A stretch of 64,000 nucleotides of DNA from an uncultured Gemmatimonadales bacterium (GTDB lineage Bacteria; Gemmatimonadota; Gemmatimonadetes; Longimicrobiales; RSA9). Position 1 is the stretch's first letter. Each line of letters starts with the position of its first letter. The notes beneath the pieces were generated by a model. The model ran no database searches, had not been told where the DNA came from, and saw only the letters and a program-made list of their open reading frames with translations. A program made the position numbers and the translations under genes. The DNA is taken from positions 1,312,001 through 1,376,000 of the forward strand of contig CAVUKA010000001.1 of NCBI GenBank assembly GCA_963741945.1, written 5' to 3'. Positions 1 through 8,863 of this stretch are shown piece by piece.

Positions 1-836
1 TTGCCCGATGGTACTTCCCGCCCCGTCACGGCCTTGATCAGCATCTTCTCGGCGCCCTGCGGGTACTTCACCGTGAGGCCGATGACCTCGATGTCCAGGT
101 CGGCCGGAATGGTGTCCCGCAGACGGGCAATGGCATCGGGCTTGTTCTTCTCCACCCCGATCACCGTCCGGGTGACGCCGAGGCACTGCATCATGACCCG
201 GATCCCGAAGTGCACGCGCTCGGGATACTCCACCATGACCCGGTGATCGCTGGTCAGGTACGGCTCACACTCGGCGCCGTTGATCAGCAGCAGCTCGACC
301 GGCGCCTCCTCCGGCGGATTCAGCTTGACGTGGGTGGGGAACGCGGCGCCGCCGAGCCCCACCACGCCCGCGCCCTGCACTGCCTTCCGGACCTGGTCGG
401 GCGTCAGCCCCTGCCACTCGGGCACCAGGCGGGGCCGCGGCAGCTGGGCATTGAAACGGTCCACCTCGATCCGGATGGCCGTATCCATGCTCCCGTCCGG
501 ATGCGGCCACCAGCCAATGGAGCGGACCACCCCGGCGGCCGGCGCGTGCTGCGGAACGGAGACGTATCCGTCCGCCACCGCCACGACATCCCCGCGCTCG
601 ACGTGGTCCCCCACCTTCACGATCGGCTTCGATGGCTTGCCCGTGTGCTGGCGCAGCGGGAGCACCACCTCTTCGGGGAACGGCATGCGCCGGATCGGCT
701 TGTCCGAAGTCTGCTCCTTCGAGCCCGGCGGGTGTACGCCGTGGCGGAAGCTGGGACCGAAGAGCAGCTCCGAGAGCGAGCGACCCCTGGTGCGTCCCCC
801 TCCGTTCGTCGGCTTTTCCATCGCTTCGGTTGCCAT
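1..836 (-). CDS. rnfC: Rnf/Rsx electron transport complex subunit C (partial, runs off left edge)
   Basis: Not in the ORF track. Manual translation from ATG at 836 gives MATEAMEK...FRHGVHPP...VVLPLRQHTG...VKVGDHV...GVVGLGGAAFPTHVKL...INGAECEPYLTSD...KYPQGAEKMLI, all typical RnfC motifs. Confidence 0.93.
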   Translation of the reverse strand, partial: MATEAMEKPTNGGGRTRGRSLSELLFGPSFRHGVHPPGSKEQTSDKPIRRMPFPEEVVLPLRQHTGKPSKPIVKVGDHVERGDVVAVADGYVSVPQHAPAAGVVRSIGWWPHPDGSMDTAIRIEVDRFNAQLPRPRLVPEWQGLTPDQVRKAVQGAGVVGLGGAAFPTHVKLNPPEEAPVELLLINGAECEPYLTSDHRVMVEYPERVHFGIRVMMQCLGVTRTVIGVEKNKPDAIARLRDTIPADLDIEVIGLTVKYPQGAEKMLIKAVTGREVPSG

Positions 837-951
837 CAGTAGCTCGCGTTGATGCCGCTCGCGTATGCCCGGCTGCGCCGTGTCTCTGCCGCGTCCGGCT
901 GCGTCCTGCCCGCCCCCCCGCTCCCCTGCGCCACGCCCCTGCGGCCCGTCA

Positions 952-3900
952 TCAGTTGAACGGCTCCGCCCGCTTCACCCATTTCTCCAGGTCCTTCTCC
1001 TTCTTGTTGAGCGGCGTCCCCGGATGGATGATCGCGGCGGGGCAGCGTTCGGCGGCCTTGACCAGCTCGGCGAACGTCCCTGCCTTCGCATCGGCGATGA
1101 AGGCCTGCTTCTGATCGTTGTACTTGAACATCCGGTTGTTCAGGTTCGTGCACTCGTTGCACGAGGTGCAGCGCGCCGTTTCGATGTACGGCTCCATGGC
1201 CAGGCCATCCTCTTCCTCCTCGGCCGGCTCCGGCTTCGCCGCGTCGGCCGCCTTCGCCGGCGCAGCCGCCTCGGCCACGGCGGGCTTCTCGGCCACGGCC
1301 ACACCACCGCCATCGCCGTTCACCGGCTTCGACGGTCCGATCCCGAGGCCGCCCACGTCCGCGCCAATGGGCTGGAGCCCCGGCGTGGTCTCGGCCGTGC
1401 GCAGCAGGTCGGCCACGGTGCGCCCGCCATTCCCGGATCGGACCAGCCCTTCCGCCAGGCGGCGTGCGATGATCCGCGGGTACGAGGCCTTCATCTCCTC
1501 GAGCTTCGCCTCGAACTCCTCGCGGGCGGCGGCCACCTTCGACTCGAGTTCGGCCTCCATCTCGCTGCCGATCTCGTCCCGGACCCAGTCCGGCACTTCC
1601 AGTCCGGCCATTTCCTTGAGCTGGTGCCAGAACAGGAGCCGCTCCTCGGCCAGATGGACGATCTCGCGGGAGACCCGGACGCGCCGGAGCTTGCGGTCGT
1701 CGGCCACGGTGTGGATGAACGCCGTCTTCCCTTCCCGCTCCTCCGCGTCCAGTGCCACGAACTCGTGGAACGGGACCATGTCCTCATTCCAATCCGATTC
1801 CGGCACCGGCTTGAAGTGTTTCTTGAAGCGCGTCTCCGTGGCCGCCCAGTCCGCGATCGTGACGGGCAGCTCCAGCGTCTGCTCCGCCCCATCGTCGTCC
1901 AGGTACTTCAGCTCGTACGTCGGCCACACCTCGCTCACCGAAGGATTGCCCTCCAGGCTGAGGCACTCGGCAATGGAGCGGCCCGCGTCCGGGTCGTACG
2001 TGAGGAAGGGGAACGCGCGGCTCTCCAGCGCCAGCTTGGCCGCCGTGGGCGCCCACTCGTCCGGGAGCCCGTGCTCCACCGGGCAGGGCCCGTAGATGTT
2101 GATCACGGCCGGCCGCCGCGTCTTCAGCGCCTTGATCACGCCGCCGATCATGTGCGCGGCCGACGCCTGCGACGTCTGGTGGACGAACGCGCCGCGGTGC
2201 GCCATGGCGATGTAGGCCAGCTCCTTGCGCACCTCCGTCTTCCCGTGCACCGCCCGGCCATACGGGCTCATGTCGGCCGACTGCCCGGTGTAGGTGCCGG
2301 TGCTCGCCTGGCCGCCCGTGTTCGAGTAGACCTGCGTGTCCAGCACCACCACGCGGATCGGCTTTCCGCTGGCCAGCAGACGGGACAGGTTCTGGAAGCC
2401 GATGTCGAGCATGGCGCCGTCGCCCCCGATCGCCAGGATGGGCGGCACCAGGTTGAACTCCTCCTCCGTGAACTGGCTCCAGTCGAAGCCCGTGAAGAAC
2501 GGCTCGTCCCGCTCCGGCAGGTAGCTCCCTTCCAGAAGCTTCTCCGCACGGCGCACCGTAACGAAGTTGTCGGCCATCTTCCGCATGTGCCCCTCGAAGA
2601 TGCCGATGGCGATGGAAGGCGCGTCCTGGAACAGGTGGTTGACCCAGGGGAAGGGATACGGGTTGTACGGGTACGTGCTCCCCCACACACTGGAGCAGCC
2701 GGTGGAGTTGGTGATGCCCGCCGCCGCGCGGCCCCGCCCGCTCGGGCCCTCCTCGTAGCGCCACTTCAGGTCCTTCAGCCCCTTGATGGCCGTGGCCAGG
2801 TGCGCCAGCTCTTCGTGGTTCGCGTCGCTCATCGGCACGTCCACGCGCGCGCCCTCGGCCACGGCGACGAGGTCGAGGTCCGCGTCGCTCGAGAGCAGGC
2901 CCCGCGCCTTCGCGTCCAGCCCGGCGATCAATCCATCGAGACGCTCGACCAGCCTGGCCACGCGCGGCTGCATGAGCGCTTCGATCGTGGACGTGATCAG
3001 GTGCACCGTGGTCTTCTCGCCACACCCCATGCACGCGCCGTCGCCGCCCACCATGCTGCGGTACGTGTCCTTCTTCAGGAGCAGGGTCGGCAGCACGCCG
3101 ATCCCCTCCTCCAGGTCGCGCACGTTGATGTAGCGGTCATCCGTGTCCGGGAGCTCCTTCCAGAACGCCCAGTTCTTGCGCAGCGTCTCCACCACCTCGT
3201 CGTCCTGCTTGATGGTGGTCAGCGCACCGTCCGCGCAGACGTCGACACAGATGTTGCAGCCCTTGCACGCTTCCGGGTTGACCGTGATGGAGAGCAGTCC
3301 GCCGCTCCCCTTCTCCTTCCCCTCCGGCACGTCCCAGAACGGCTGGGTCTTCGCCAGCGGGAACTGCGCGAGGACCGGATAGACGGCTGCGAAATCGTCA
3401 TCCAGCTCCTGCCGCCGCTCCGGCTCCCAGTTCAGCTTCGGGACCAGGTTCTTGTACGCCGCGCTCAGCACGTCGCCGAAGTTCTTGAACGGCACGCCCT
3501 CGATCACCTTCCGCGCTTCCTTCGACAGGTGCTTCGAGACCTGCCGGATGCGGTCGAGGGAGCGCCCGTTCTGCGCCGTGCGGATGGCCGTGTCCAGCAG
3601 GTCCTCCACGCTGTTCACCAGCCCCGGGATCGCGGCGTCCGGACATTGCGTCCAGCACTGCGCGCACCCGGTGCACTTCGCCGCATTGAAATCCGGCACC
3701 TCGAACCGGATGTTGGTCATGTCCCGGATCACGCTCGTGGCGGCCGGGATCGCGCTCATCGCCGCGTACGGATCGGCGATCGGCTCCTCGCCCGCGCTGT
3801 AGAGCGAGCACACCTGTTCGAAGAAGCGGCCCGGGTTGCCGATCCCGATCTGGGCGGCCGGGACGTCCAGCGAGTCGGGCACGCCGGCGACGGGGAGCGC

Positions 3901-6087
3901 CACCTGCTTCGCCTCCCCCTCCACCGCCTGCGGCACCACTTCCTTCACCTCGTCGTAGCCCCGGCGGATCACGCGCACGTTGTCCTGCACCACGCGATCG
4001 CCCAGCTTGCCGAACTTCCGGCGCATCTGGTCCTCGATACCGGCGAACAGCGTCGCTTCATCGAGGCCTTCGCGCTCGGCCAGGGGGGAGACCCGGAAGA
4101 AGGCGCCCATGAACGCCGCGCCCTGCATCCGGTAGCGTAGCTCCGGATCGCTCGCCTCCTCGCTCGCGATGGCGAAGCCACTGAGCGCGTACACCTTGAT
4201 CCCCTGCGCCTGGATGAACCGCTTCGCGTCGGACGGGAAGTTCTCCCACAGCTCTTCCGGCGAGAGGTCGGTCTGGATCACGAACACGCCCCCGCGGCTC
4301 AGCCCGGCCAGCGGGTTGGAGTGGCGGAAGACGTTGGGATCCGGCGACAGCACCACGTCCACGTTCTTGAGCTCGGCGTTGATCTTCACCGGATCGCGGC
4401 TGAGCGTGGCGTAGAACGTGGTGGGCTGCCCCTTCTTCTCGGAGCCGTACTTCGGGTTCGCCTTCACGTGCAGGCCCGCCAGCTCGAACGCCGTGAGCGC
4501 CACGTTCTTGCCCATGGTGATGGCGCCCCACCCGCCCACCGAGTGGATCCGCAGCGCGGTCGACCCTTCGGGGAGCAGGTTCAGGTCCTTCACCGGCGCC
4601 AGCGCCAGCTCCGGCAGCTTCGGGTACGCCTCGACCAGCTGTTCCTGCCAGATCTCCAGCTTCGGCAGGCGAGTGCCCTTCCGGACGAAGTCGATGCCCA
4701 GGTAGTACTGCCGCCGCCCGGCGCCACCCTCCACCATGTTCTCCACCGCGGCCACCAGGTCGCCGGGCTGAAGGTCGCGGCTGCCGAAGCCGAAGCCGCC
4801 GCTGTAGAAGTCCGGCACCTGGTCCGGCGCGATCGGCGGAATCCCCTCGTGCGGCAGCCTGACCGTGAGGTTCTCCGGGAGCGGATACCGCGGCGGCGCA
4901 GGCTTGCCCGCCCGGGCGGCGCGGCCGTTCTCCATGGCCTTCGACATGGCGGCGCGGATCTCGCGCAGCAGCGGCGGGTCGACGGCCAGCGGCTGATCGA
5001 CGCGCTCCAGCACGGCCACACCCTTCTTCCCCGCCAGCGCCTGGGCCACCAGGTCCGCGGGGAAGGGGCGGAACATGACCATGTCCAGCACGCCGACCTT
5101 GAGTCCGCGCTTCTCGCGGAGGTAGTCGGCCACGGCCTCGGCGTTGGTGACCACGGAGCCCTGCCCGAGCAGGACGTACTCGGCATCCTCGAGCCGGTAG
5201 CCGAGCACGGGGGCGTAGCGCCTGCCGGTGAGCCCGGCGAACTCCTCCATCGCCCGCTCCGTCAGCTCGCGCACATGGTCGAAGTAGAACGGCCGCTGCG
5301 CCGCCACGCCCTGGGCGTAGCTGTCCTGGTTCTGCACGGTGCCCAGCATGGCCGGGTAGTCCACGTCGAACAGCTCGGGAATGCGACGACGCCTCTCGCC
5401 GAACACCATCCGCTGCGCCGGTGTGGGCGAGTCGATCCTGTCCGACGGGTCGCCCAGGTACTCCCGCACCAGGTCCCGCTCCGGCATCCGCACGGTCTCG
5501 ATCACGTGGCTCGTCAGGAAGCCATCCTGCGCCACGAGCCCCGGATTCAGCGCCAGCTCGGCAATACGATGCGCGATCAGGTTCAGGTCCGCCGCGCTCT
5601 GCACGTCCTTCGCGAACAGCTGAAAGAAGCCCGTGTCGTCCACCGCGTGGTAGTCATCGTGACCGGCGTGCACGTTGAGCGCCTGCTTCGTCATGGCGCG
5701 CGCGGCCACGTTCAGCACGTACGTGAGCCGCTTCCCGGCGGCCGCGTACAGGCTCTCGTGCATGTACGCGATCCCCTGGCCGCTGGAGAAGTTGGTGGCC
5801 CGCAGCCCCACCATGCTCATCCCGGCGGTCACGCCGGCGGCCGCGTGCTCGCCCTCCGGCTCGAAGAACAGCAGCCGACGACCGTTCACGTTGGTCGCGC
5901 CCTGCGACACGGCCAGCGCCCAACCCTCCCCCATCTGCGTGGAGGGCGTGATCGGGTACGCGCCGGCCGCCTCGCTGCCCGCGGTTTCCATCTCGACGAT
6001 GGCGGTGCTGCCGTCGATGGCTTCCGGGTTCCCCGGGAAACGGGGCTCGTCGGCCGTCACCGGCTTCTTGCTGAACGGGATCTTCAT
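952..6087 (-). CDS. nifJ: Homodimeric-type pyruvate:ferredoxin (flavodoxin) oxidoreductase with extra C-terminal ferredoxin domain
   Basis: Motifs YPITPS, GGWGAIT/YGSEKKG (gamma domain), two CxxCxxCxxxC clusters, GACMGCGE, GCSSVWG, GGDGA and VYSNTGGQ. Start ATG 6087 overlaps the rnfB stop (ATGA). Confidence 0.9.
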   Translation of the reverse strand: MKIPFSKKPVTADEPRFPGNPEAIDGSTAIVEMETAGSEAAGAYPITPSTQMGEGWALAVSQGATNVNGRRLLFFEPEGEHAAAGVTAGMSMVGLRATNFSSGQGIAYMHESLYAAAGKRLTYVLNVAARAMTKQALNVHAGHDDYHAVDDTGFFQLFAKDVQSAADLNLIAHRIAELALNPGLVAQDGFLTSHVIETVRMPERDLVREYLGDPSDRIDSPTPAQRMVFGERRRRIPELFDVDYPAMLGTVQNQDSYAQGVAAQRPFYFDHVRELTERAMEEFAGLTGRRYAPVLGYRLEDAEYVLLGQGSVVTNAEAVADYLREKRGLKVGVLDMVMFRPFPADLVAQALAGKKGVAVLERVDQPLAVDPPLLREIRAAMSKAMENGRAARAGKPAPPRYPLPENLTVRLPHEGIPPIAPDQVPDFYSGGFGFGSRDLQPGDLVAAVENMVEGGAGRRQYYLGIDFVRKGTRLPKLEIWQEQLVEAYPKLPELALAPVKDLNLLPEGSTALRIHSVGGWGAITMGKNVALTAFELAGLHVKANPKYGSEKKGQPTTFYATLSRDPVKINAELKNVDVVLSPDPNVFRHSNPLAGLSRGGVFVIQTDLSPEELWENFPSDAKRFIQAQGIKVYALSGFAIASEEASDPELRYRMQGAAFMGAFFRVSPLAEREGLDEATLFAGIEDQMRRKFGKLGDRVVQDNVRVIRRGYDEVKEVVPQAVEGEAKQVALPVAGVPDSLDVPAAQIGIGNPGRFFEQVCSLYSAGEEPIADPYAAMSAIPAATSVIRDMTNIRFEVPDFNAAKCTGCAQCWTQCPDAAIPGLVNSVEDLLDTAIRTAQNGRSLDRIRQVSKHLSKEARKVIEGVPFKNFGDVLSAAYKNLVPKLNWEPERRQELDDDFAAVYPVLAQFPLAKTQPFWDVPEGKEKGSGGLLSITVNPEACKGCNICVDVCADGALTTIKQDDEVVETLRKNWAFWKELPDTDDRYINVRDLEEGIGVLPTLLLKKDTYRSMVGGDGACMGCGEKTTVHLITSTIEALMQPRVARLVERLDGLIAGLDAKARGLLSSDADLDLVAVAEGARVDVPMSDANHEELAHLATAIKGLKDLKWRYEEGPSGRGRAAAGITNSTGCSSVWGSTYPYNPYPFPWVNHLFQDAPSIAIGIFEGHMRKMADNFVTVRRAEKLLEGSYLPERDEPFFTGFDWSQFTEEEFNLVPPILAIGGDGAMLDIGFQNLSRLLASGKPIRVVVLDTQVYSNTGGQASTGTYTGQSADMSPYGRAVHGKTEVRKELAYIAMAHRGAFVHQTSQASAAHMIGGVIKALKTRRPAVINIYGPCPVEHGLPDEWAPTAAKLALESRAFPFLTYDPDAGRSIAECLSLEGNPSVSEVWPTYELKYLDDDGAEQTLELPVTIADWAATETRFKKHFKPVPESDWNEDMVPFHEFVALDAEEREGKTAFIHTVADDRKLRRVRVSREIVHLAEERLLFWHQLKEMAGLEVPDWVRDEIGSEMEAELESKVAAAREEFEAKLEEMKASYPRIIARRLAEGLVRSGNGGRTVADLLRTAETTPGLQPIGADVGGLGIGPSKPVNGDGGGVAVAEKPAVAEAAAPAKAADAAKPEPAEEEEDGLAMEPYIETARCTSCNECTNLNNRMFKYNDQKQAFIADAKAGTFAELVKAAERCPAAIIHPGTPLNKKEKDLEKWVKRAEPFN

Positions 6088-6929
6088 CGGATGCTCCCTG
6101 CGACAGTGGGCTCGCGAAACTGCGCGCCCTCGACCCACACGATCGCGCCGGTAGGACACCGCGCGGTTGCGTTCTCTGTTTCCAGCTCGGCCTTGGATTC
6201 GTCGATCACGGCAAGACCGTTCTTCATTGTGATCAGATCATCGGGCGCGTCGGCGGCGCAGCGGCCGCACGCGTTGCACGCCACGGCGCACAGCTCCGTG
6301 GCATCGTCGCCCTCCAGCAGGCTCCTGCACTGCACGAGCAGGTGGTTGTCCAGCGGCAGGATCGTGAACAGGCCCAGCGGGCACGCGTCCACGCAGTCGC
6401 CGCACGCGGTGCACAGCTCCACGTCCACCACCGGCAGGCCCTGCTCGTTCATGACGATGGCGTCGAAGTCGCAGGCGACGGCGCAGTCGGACAGTCCGAC
6501 GCACCCCCACGCGCAACCCTTGCCCCCGCCTCCGACGGCCACCGCCGCCGCGCAGCTCTGGACGCCGTAGTAATCCGCGCGCCGCACCGCCACGTCGTTT
6601 CCGCCCGCGCACAGCAGCCGCGCCACGCGCTTCTCCGCCTGCCCCGCGTCCACGCCCAGGTAGCTCGCCACCTCCTGGCGCTGGTCCTCCCCCATCACCG
6701 TGCACTGCGCCGGCGTGATGTCGCCGTTGATGACGGACTGGGCGAACGCGCGGCAGCCGGCCTGGCCGCAGGCGCCGCAGTTCGAGCCGGGGAGCAGCCC
6801 CTCCACATCATCGATGCGCGGGTCCTCCCAGACTTTCAGCTTCTTGTTCGCCAGCGCGATGAGCGTCCCGAACGTGAGACCGACGCCGCCCACGATCGCG
6901 GCCGATCCGAGGATCGGTGACAGGAGCAT
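6084..6929 (-). CDS. rnfB: Rnf complex subunit B (membrane-anchored polyferredoxin)
   Basis: N-terminal TM helix, then DPRIDDV..LPGSNCGACGQAGC, GCVGLSDC, CTACGDCVDACP and CNACGRC. Confidence 0.9.
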   Translation of the reverse strand: MLLSPILGSAAIVGGVGLTFGTLIALANKKLKVWEDPRIDDVEGLLPGSNCGACGQAGCRAFAQSVINGDITPAQCTVMGEDQRQEVASYLGVDAGQAEKRVARLLCAGGNDVAVRRADYYGVQSCAAAVAVGGGGKGCAWGCVGLSDCAVACDFDAIVMNEQGLPVVDVELCTACGDCVDACPLGLFTILPLDNHLLVQCRSLLEGDDATELCAVACNACGRCAADAPDDLITMKNGLAVIDESKAELETENATARCPTGAIVWVEGAQFREPTVAGSIR

Positions 6930-6933
6930 CGGA

Positions 6934-7923
6934 TCAGGCCTCCCCCGGCGCCGGCACGTTCGCCTGCCGGAGCAGCCAGGCGGCCAGCATGTCCGTCGGG
7001 TCCACCGCCTCGCCCGGTGCCGTGGCGGCCGCCACCACGCGCCCCGCCGCCGCACCATCGAGCAGCTGCAGCAGAGCCAGGTCGGCCTCCTGGCGCGACG
7101 CGCTCATCGAGCCCAGTGCCTGGGGCGCTTCCTCCGGCACCGACTCCAGCTGGAGCGAACCGACGCCATCCACGGCGTCACCGTCGTAATGGAAGAGGGC
7201 CGCGCCCTCGGGCACCACGCTGACGGCGATGGGGCCATCGACCTTCGCCATCAGGTCGAGCACGCCCGCATCCGCGCCCTGCGCCACGACCACTCCGGGC
7301 GCGACCAGCCGGGCCATGGCCGCGGGCGGCGCCGGCTTCCTCACCAGCAGCACCAGCGCCTGCCCCCCATCCAGGTAATCGGCCAGCCCGGCCGGCCGGA
7401 AGTCGGCGCCGTCCACGTCCACCACCAGCGGCGGCGCCACGGTCCGCTCGGCCCGGTTCCACCGCTCCGGCCCGAAGCCGCCGGCGTAGTCGGGACCCTT
7501 GAGCCCGGCCCGCGCGTTCTCCACGGCCCGCCCTGCGCCGAACGCACGTCCTGCCTTCGCCAGCGCAGTGCGCACGGCGTCACGCAGGTCCGCGCCGGAC
7601 GCCACGCGCACGTAATGCAGGGCGTCGCCCGCCTCCAGCACGTCCGTGAGCGCCGCCAGCGCGGCCTCGATCCGCTCCACGGCCTCCGCGTCCAGCATCT
7701 CCTGCTCGCCGAACACCGCCGCGAACCGCTCCGCGTCGATCCGGCCGCTGGCGAATGCGCCCAGCTCGGCGGCCACCTGCGCCGCCTTCCCGTCGGTGGG
7801 CGCCTTGTGCGCCGTCAGCAGGCTCCGGACTTCGTCCACCGCCGTGGCCACCGCGGAGTGGAAAGCCTCTCGCCGGGAAGCGAGCGCCTCCAGAGCGCTC
7901 CGCCTCAGGTCGTCATACGGCAT
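6934..7923 (-). CDS. Hypothetical protein (329 aa) inside the OFOR/Rnf operon
   Basis: Ala-rich ORF with natural composition. It overlaps the OFOR beta end and stops 4 nt before rnfB; no Cys and no recognisable motif. Confidence 0.8.
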   Translation of the reverse strand: MPYDDLRRSALEALASRREAFHSAVATAVDEVRSLLTAHKAPTDGKAAQVAAELGAFASGRIDAERFAAVFGEQEMLDAEAVERIEAALAALTDVLEAGDALHYVRVASGADLRDAVRTALAKAGRAFGAGRAVENARAGLKGPDYAGGFGPERWNRAERTVAPPLVVDVDGADFRPAGLADYLDGGQALVLLVRKPAPPAAMARLVAPGVVVAQGADAGVLDLMAKVDGPIAVSVVPEGAALFHYDGDAVDGVGSLQLESVPEEAPQALGSMSASRQEADLALLQLLDGAAAGRVVAAATAPGEAVDPTDMLAAWLLRQANVPAPGEA

Positions 7924-8863
7924 AGTCGTCGAGCTCCTCGTTCAGAAGCTTCACCTTTTCCTCCGCCGAGTACTTGGGCAGTCGGCGCGTCTCCTCGTAG
8001 CGCGGGCGGTTCTCGTCGCGGAAGAACACACCCAGCGGGAGCTTCCCGCCCTCCTCCTCGGCGATCCGCCGGGCCATGTCGATGTCCCGCGGGTCGTGCG
8101 TGCGGTGGTTCTTGTAGATCCCGTGGATCTCCGGAACCGTGACCCCGTCATCGTGCACCAGCAGCTCGATGTTGTCCGGCTTGCGCACCGCCTCCATGAA
8201 CAGCGGCGCCGTGTACTGCGGGCAGCGCTGGAGGATGCGGACGAAGCCGAGCCCCTTGTGTCGGTGCGCGGCCCGCAGCGTGGCATACAGGTGCTGCGGG
8301 ATCCACTCCGCGGTCTGGGCCACGAAGCTCGCGTTCGTCGCCCCGAGCATCACTTCCAGCGGGTTCAGCGGCGGCAGGTAGCTGCCCCGCGGCTGCGTGT
8401 TGGTCTTGTAGCCCTGCGGCGTGGTGGGTGACGTCTGCATCTTCGTCAGCCCGTAGATGTTGTTGTCCAGCAGAACGGCCACCATGTCCACGTTGTAGCG
8501 CAGCGCGTGCAGCCAGTGGCCGGCCCCGATGGACGTGCAGTCCCCGTCCCCCATGACCACGAACACGTTCAGATCCGGCCGGTTCAGCTTGACGCCCGTG
8601 GCCACGGGCAGCGCGCGTCCGTGGATCCCGTGGAAGCCGTACGTGCGCATGTAGTGCGGGAAGCGGCTCGAGCAGCCGATCCCCGAAACGAACACCGTCT
8701 CCTCCGGCTTCAGCTGCTCTTCCGCCAGCAGCCGCTGGTGCGCGGTCAGAACCGCCAGGTCGCCGCACCCCGGGCACCAGCGAGGGAGCGCGCCCTCGTA
8801 GTCGTCCATGCCGAACACGCGGTCATCACTGCCGGCATGCAGCAGCGAGCAGGTCGCGATCAT
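7913..8863 (-). CDS. 2-oxoacid:ferredoxin oxidoreductase beta subunit (TPP-binding)
   Basis: WCPGCG, SGIGCSSR, HGRALP, GDGD, NNIYGLTKMQTSPT and QRCP motifs. Confidence 0.93.
   Translation of the reverse strand: MIATCSLLHAGSDDRVFGMDDYEGALPRWCPGCGDLAVLTAHQRLLAEEQLKPEETVFVSGIGCSSRFPHYMRTYGFHGIHGRALPVATGVKLNRPDLNVFVVMGDGDCTSIGAGHWLHALRYNVDMVAVLLDNNIYGLTKMQTSPTTPQGYKTNTQPRGSYLPPLNPLEVMLGATNASFVAQTAEWIPQHLYATLRAAHRHKGLGFVRILQRCPQYTAPLFMEAVRKPDNIELLVHDDGVTVPEIHGIYKNHRTHDPRDIDMARRIAEEEGGKLPLGVFFRDENRPRYEETRRLPKYSAEEKVKLLNEELDDYAV

Noticed and set aside
865-6570. Very long plus-strand ORFs (1091 aa, 749 aa) and similar ones elsewhere (e.g. 37590..41129, 26981..29662)
   Set aside because: Antisense shadows of real genes caused by high-GC codon bias; Arg/His/Val-rich with no motifs.
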